DNA of 64,000 bases from Camelus ferus. Lineage: Eukaryota. The notes beneath the pieces were generated by a model. The model worked only from the letters and a program-made list of their open reading frames with translations, did no database searches and was not told the origin of the DNA. Below, one piece after another: positions 59,223 to 64,000 of the stretch (the stretch's first letter is position 1; every line of letters begins with the position of its first letter). Made by a program: the position numbers and the translations under genes. The stretch is from positions 8,310,001 through 8,374,000 of the forward strand of contig NC_045696.1 of the NCBI RefSeq assembly GCF_009834535.1. The letters run 5' to 3'.

Positions 59223-59664
59223 GTTACGGGATGAAACTACACTTTTCCAAGCACTGGGAAAACTTTAATTTGGAGAAGAAAGACAAAGAGCTACACACAA
59301 TAGGAGAACTGGGGTGCAGTGATGGAAGGGGAGCGTGCTGGTGTGACGTCAAGCTGGTGGGGGCTATTTCAGGTGGCGTGACAGGGGAGCGAGAGAAAAG
59401 GGGATGGCTTCTCCAAGGAGTTGACACTTAAATTGAGTTCAGCATGACAGGGAGGAATCAGTCGTGCAAAGACATAGGGAAAGAGATTTCCAGGTAGGGA
59501 GCCCAGCAGGTGTAAACATCTCAGGGGAGTAAGTAACAATATACCCTGAAAACTGACTGCTAAAGGCAGCACCTATACTTTCTTGTGTTTCAAAAGGAAA
59601 CATCATTTCAAAATTCCTTCAGAGCCCATGAGTGCGTTAAGAGCCTACTTCCAGCAGGATGGGT

Positions 59665-59975
59665 TATTTATTTTTTAACTAGACTTTGCTTTTTAGAGCA
59701 GTTTTAGGTTCACAGCAAAGTTGAACAGAAGGCTTGGAGACTTCCAACACAGCCCCTGCTCCCACATGCACGGTCTCCCCATTATCAACACCCCCTGCCA
59801 GAGGGGTACCTCTGTTACAGTTTATGAACCTGCACTGATGCATCACCATCACCCCGAGTCCACAGTTTATTTTAGGGCTCCGTTTTAGTGCTGTACGTTC
59901 TGTAGGTTTGGACCAATGACACGCGTCCGCCATTGCAGTGGATACAGTGGTAGTTTCACTGCCATAAAAATCCTC
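59665..59975 (-). mobile_element. L1MC1/2-like 3' end
   Basis: tttagagcagttttaggttcacagcaaagttgaacagaagg...gtagtttcactgccataaaaatcctc. Confidence 0.85.
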
Positions 59976-61499
59976 CGATTGGTCATTTTCAAGTACAATG
60001 AAACCTCACAGATGTCATTTACATAGCAGAGGAAGAGCAGCCAAGTGCAGCTTTTTTCTTTAAGATCGTAAAGGTCTTTGACGCGTGGAAGGCAGGCTTT
60101 TATTAACTCAGCATTTGTATCATAAACATAATTCCCAGACAAGCAGGAAAGTCCCAGAGTTCTGAGTCACTGGTGTTTGAATAGATGTTTTGTAAGGCTA
60201 AGCATTTGCTTTCACAAATAAAGCATTGATGAGCTAAACAGTTGCTTGAAATGAACAGGGAAAGTTTTATAATGTACACTGGGTCTTCAGAAGACAGTCG
60301 TGTGATTTATAACAATTTTTCCCTCTTTAATCTGTATTCGAATTACCAGAAAATTTCTCTCGTTGGCTGCCTGTCTTGGTCAATGCTCAATATGAGGGAG
60401 ACCCTTATTTGAAAGCAGAAAAACAATTAAACACAATTTCATGTGGAAAAATAAAGATATTTACCTGATATATGCTAGATATCTGCTCTTGGTTTGTGGG
60501 AGAGAAGACCTGATGGGAGATACAAGAAAACAAGGAAGGATTCTGTTTGTGAAATGCAGTTTTGGCAGATGTACGGTCAATATGGTTTATTTCTTATATT
60601 CCTGCTGCTGGTAGCACAGCTGGAATGCTTTAATACATTACTATACCTCATTAAAAGGAAGGTCTAGAAATAGAACTGGAGAGCTCAGAAAGGGGCAAAG
60701 AATTAGGTCTTTGAGATCCAGGCTCTGACTTAAAAGAATGAAATACCTCATGAGGACTTTGCCTTACCAGCAGCGAGCGGTGGGCAGCACTGGCTGTCTG
60801 CATTGAAGGGAAGGCGGCCCAGAAAGGGAGAACAATTCAGCTTGACGTAAGGGTGTGGAGTTGGGCTGGGGACTCGGTGGGTAGAAGGTGAGGAGACAGG
60901 AGAGCCTCTGTGGAAACAAGGTCATAGAACTTCAAATACCCAGGTCATGGGCTTAAGTACCTCCCTCCCCCCCCTTAAACTTTCCATTTTCTCAACCATT
61001 CCAAACAGATTATTCCCTGACTCAGACTGCCCATTTGGGCAAGGAAGTCCACTCTGAGAGACTCGCATCATGGAGAGGAGGGGATCCAGGTGTCTGACCC
61101 AGGAGGCTGGAGAGGGGAAAAGCATGGTCCGCGCATCGGGCACAGCTCCCTCGGCAATGAGGTATCTCCTAGTCCTTCTCTGTTGTCTGATGGGATTGAA
61201 TCATTGTACCCTTGAACCTGCAGGTCATGGAGTGGGTCTTAAAGCTCTTCTGCTCCCTCACTTACTGCAGGACCTCTCTATAATCACAATACTGACTCTT
61301 GTCTGAACCCCTCTGGTGATGGGTGAGTCAATTCATTGTGAGTCCACTCACTCAGCTCGGCCAGTCCAACGGATGCGATCACGGTGGTCCAATGTAACCT
61401 CCTGGTAAATTTCACAAAAGTCCTTGCTGCCAGGAGGCCTGTTCTGGGGATGATGCTGGCATCAGTATTACATGATAGCCTTCACATGATGCCAATATG

Positions 61500-62015
61500 C
61501 AGCTGAGGTTGAGAGCAGTGTCTCTGGTGTTAGAAAAAGCTTTCTTATAACAGCGGAAGTCAGTTTCCCTGGAGCCATCACCCACCCCTGCTAATTCTGG
61601 AGCCAAGTCCATTTCTTCTTTTACGTGACAGCCTTTCAGACACTTGAAGTTGCTCACCTGCCCCCACATTGATATCACTTCCCTGAGGCTTTTTCTTCTC
61701 CAGGCTAAGTCACTCATCTTCTCAAAAGTTACTCCTATGATGTGGTTTTGCTTCCCTCGCCATTCTGATCATAAGCTACATTGTCAGGATGCCACTTACA
61801 GTGTGTGTCTCTTCATGCTTTTGTTTCATTGTGAGCTTGCTGTCAACTAAATCCCTTCAATTTTCTCCCACAAAAAGCTTACAGCTTAGTTGGGGAGACA
61901 GGCATGCCAGCAAACCAAAGCTGCCCCATCCTGTAATTATGAAATTGATTTTTCAAGTCTCAATGCAGGACTTTCATTTACCCTTACTAAATTTCATCTT
62001 GTTGGGTTTACCTAT
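61500..62015 (-). mobile_element. L3/CR1 LINE remnant
   Basis: ORF 61412..61717 contains FKCLKGCHVKEEMDL, matching the CR1 ORF2 C-terminal FKYLKGCH.EEG.DL; also tgcaggactttcatttacccttactaaatttcatcttgtt. Confidence 0.75.
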
Positions 62016-62159
62016 TTAATTCTGTTCTCCAAAAGTACTAGTAAGTATTGCCTATTTGGTAAAGCATCTTTATAGGTTTATCCATATTATTAATAACAGT
62101 AAAAATAAGACCGTCTATTTGTTGACTGTAAACACTTATTGACTAGAAGCAACACCAGA

Positions 62160-63050
62160 TTGGGTTGAAAGAGACAGAAACAGAGCCCCAGTTAAGAAAG
62201 CTGTAGAATCACCAACTAAGTGTCTTTATAGAAAAAGAAGGATGCTCAGAGGAAGTAACAAGAGCCCAGAGGGTGCAGCCAAGAGCCACTGGAGAGTGCT
62301 GGGCCCTAGAAAAAAATTTGCACCATCTATATATTTGGAATTCAGAGCTGCTTTGGGTCAGTGCTGATGGCAGCTTCCTGTTTCTCCCTTCTTTGAATGG
62401 GAGCATCCATTGTGGTTATTCTGTGCATGTGCCACCATTGTGGAGTATGTGTTTGTATATAGGAATGAAGATAACTGGTCTCTATAGTTCATAGTATTAA
62501 GATGGTGATGAACAACCCTCAGTGAATTGTCTCAGAAGAGTCACACTCAGGGAGCTTCATTTATCCCTGGACATGACTTACAGGGATGAGGTTTTTGGCT
62601 GATCTTGGGAAGAGGGTGTGAATTTTGCATGTAATCTGTGTCCAGAGGCAGACTGAATCTGGGCTCTGTAAATGCATGACTAATAAAGTATGGAGAAGTG
62701 ACACTGTGCCAGTTTTCAGGCATAGACCTTAAGAAACTGGCAGCTTCTACCTCCCATCTCTTGAGATGCTTATTCTTGGAATCCAGCCACCGTGTTGAGA
62801 GGAAACTCAGACTGCCCTGTGGAGAGGCTTCCGTGGGGGAGGAACCAACAGTCAGAACAACTGGCAGCCAAGTGAGGCAGTCCCCTGAGAAGAGATGGGT
62901 CAGTCCCAGTAGAGCTGCCCCAGCTTATCACAGGTGGAATAGAGATGAGCTGTCCCTACTGGGCCCTGCTCAAGATCAGATTCAAGTGCACAGTTAATAG
63001 CTGTTGTTTGAAGCCACTAAGCTTGGAGTGATTTGCTTCACAGCAGTAAG
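62160..63050 (+). mobile_element. MaLR internal 3' end (~62160-62655) plus MLT1F/G-like LTR (~62655-63050)
   Basis: tgaatgggagcatccattgtggttattctg and ccagaggcagactg (MLT1-int end); gaagtgacactgtgccagtt...ccttaagaaactggcagcttc...aagccactaag (LTR). Confidence 0.75.
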
Positions 63051-63054
63051 AACA

Positions 63055-63260
63055 ATTCCAGGCACTGTGGTACTGACTTTTCATATATTTTCTTACTTAA
63101 TCCTCCTAACAATGCTATGACATAGGCATTATTTCTCCTCTTACAGTGAGAAAATTGAGGCTCAATGATTTAATAACATGCCCAAGGTCATACATGTAGT
63201 AAATGGCAATATTGAGATTGAAACTGAACAATATTGGATTGTGTCATTCTTTTAACTGCT
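63055..63260 (-). mobile_element. MIR
   Basis: ttaatcctcctaacaat...ttacagtgagaaaattgaggctca...tgcccaaggtcataca. Confidence 0.8.
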
Positions 63261-63559
63261 AAAATGCTGAGTAGGGTGGGGCTGAGCTAAGAGAGCCATG
63301 CAGCCATTTACCAGATACCTACTGAATGCTTTCTGTGGAAAGAAAAGTAAATAAAACATAGTGCAAGAAAGTGATAGCTTAGGGAGGAGACAGACGTGAA
63401 AACAGATACAGTTGGGTATGATAAGCTGTGATGGCCAAAGTCAGGGGATACAACCATGTTTCCAGTCCTTTCTTTGCAGATTTTTCTACCTGCAAAGATA
63501 TACATGCTTTAATAAAAAAGTGATAGTGCTCTATAAATATTCTATGACCAAACTTTTTT

Positions 63560-64000
63560 CACATGTTTCTCTGTCATGTATACAGGCTCACTATTTTAAA
63601 TTGATGACCATGATTAAATTGCCCCCAATAGATGTTTCTTTTTTTTTTTTTTTGCTATTGCATGCAATATTGCATCAGATATCTTTATGTATATAGCACA
63701 CATGTGAGTGGTTCTTTAGGAATTGTTGGGTCAAAGGTAATGATTTGAAAATTATTACTAGGAAAACTTTATCAGTCTGTACTTTTACCAAGAATGTGTG
63801 AAAGGGCCAATTTCCCCCATCTCATGTTTACGAACACTGCTTTTATCAGTCTGTTAAGTTTTCGCCATGCTGATGGGAGAATATAGCATTATTCTTGTTT
63901 TAATTTGCAAGTTCCAGATTATCAGAGCATTTAACTTGCTTTTGGATGCTTTTACATATATATGTTTTTGAATTTTTGTTTTATTTTACATCCTTTCCTG
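63560..64000 (-). mobile_element. Old L1ME-like fragment
   Basis: taggaattgttgggtcaaaggta, tacttttaccaagaatgtgtgaaag, ttgttttaatttgca. Confidence 0.7.

Noticed and set aside
1..64000. CRISPR arrays, operons, rRNA, numt or non-retroviral viral insertions
   Set aside because: The sequence is mammalian and repeat-rich. The recurring similar segments are dispersed L1 3' ends, not regularly spaced repeats, and I recognised no mitochondrial or bornavirus/parvovirus/filovirus-like translations. A BLASTX search would be needed to exclude weak hits.
1..64000. Naming the host gene
   Set aside because: No exon translation matched a protein I recognise; any gene symbol would be a guess.

Overview
Mammalian non-coding genomic DNA, most likely camelid (alpaca/llama/camel). 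It carries a tRNA-Ala-derived vic-1-type SINE and many young cetartiodactyl-type L1 3' ends, and I saw no Alu, Bov-tA, CHR, PRE-1 or SINEC elements. I could not identify any protein-coding gene: the ORF track is essentially noise plus repeat remnants (L1 ORF2, ERVL gag/pol, CR1). A large part of the window is interspersed repeat: L1, L2, MIR, L3/CR1, MaLR/ERVL LTRs, a degenerate LTR16-type ERVL provirus, and hAT and Tigger DNA transposons. Young L1 inserts are mostly on the minus strand and a few exon-like segments point plus, which suggests (inference) a long intron or 5' region of a plus-strand gene. The most notable observations are: (i) a ~340-bp bipartite L1 with its 5' terminus fused to its 3' UTR exactly at an AG, a candidate spliced or non-autonomous L1 derivative; (ii) two loci where two retroelements inserted serially at one site, leaving three target-site copies, each involving an L1 5'-terminus piece; (iii) a cluster of perfect TCF/LEF motifs at 53-57 kb; (iv) several candidate plus-strand exons; (v) a convergent CTCF motif pair. 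Repeat family names come from my recollection of consensus sequences, not from a RepeatMasker run, and most boundaries are approximate. I do not see convincing evidence for a wholly new biological system.
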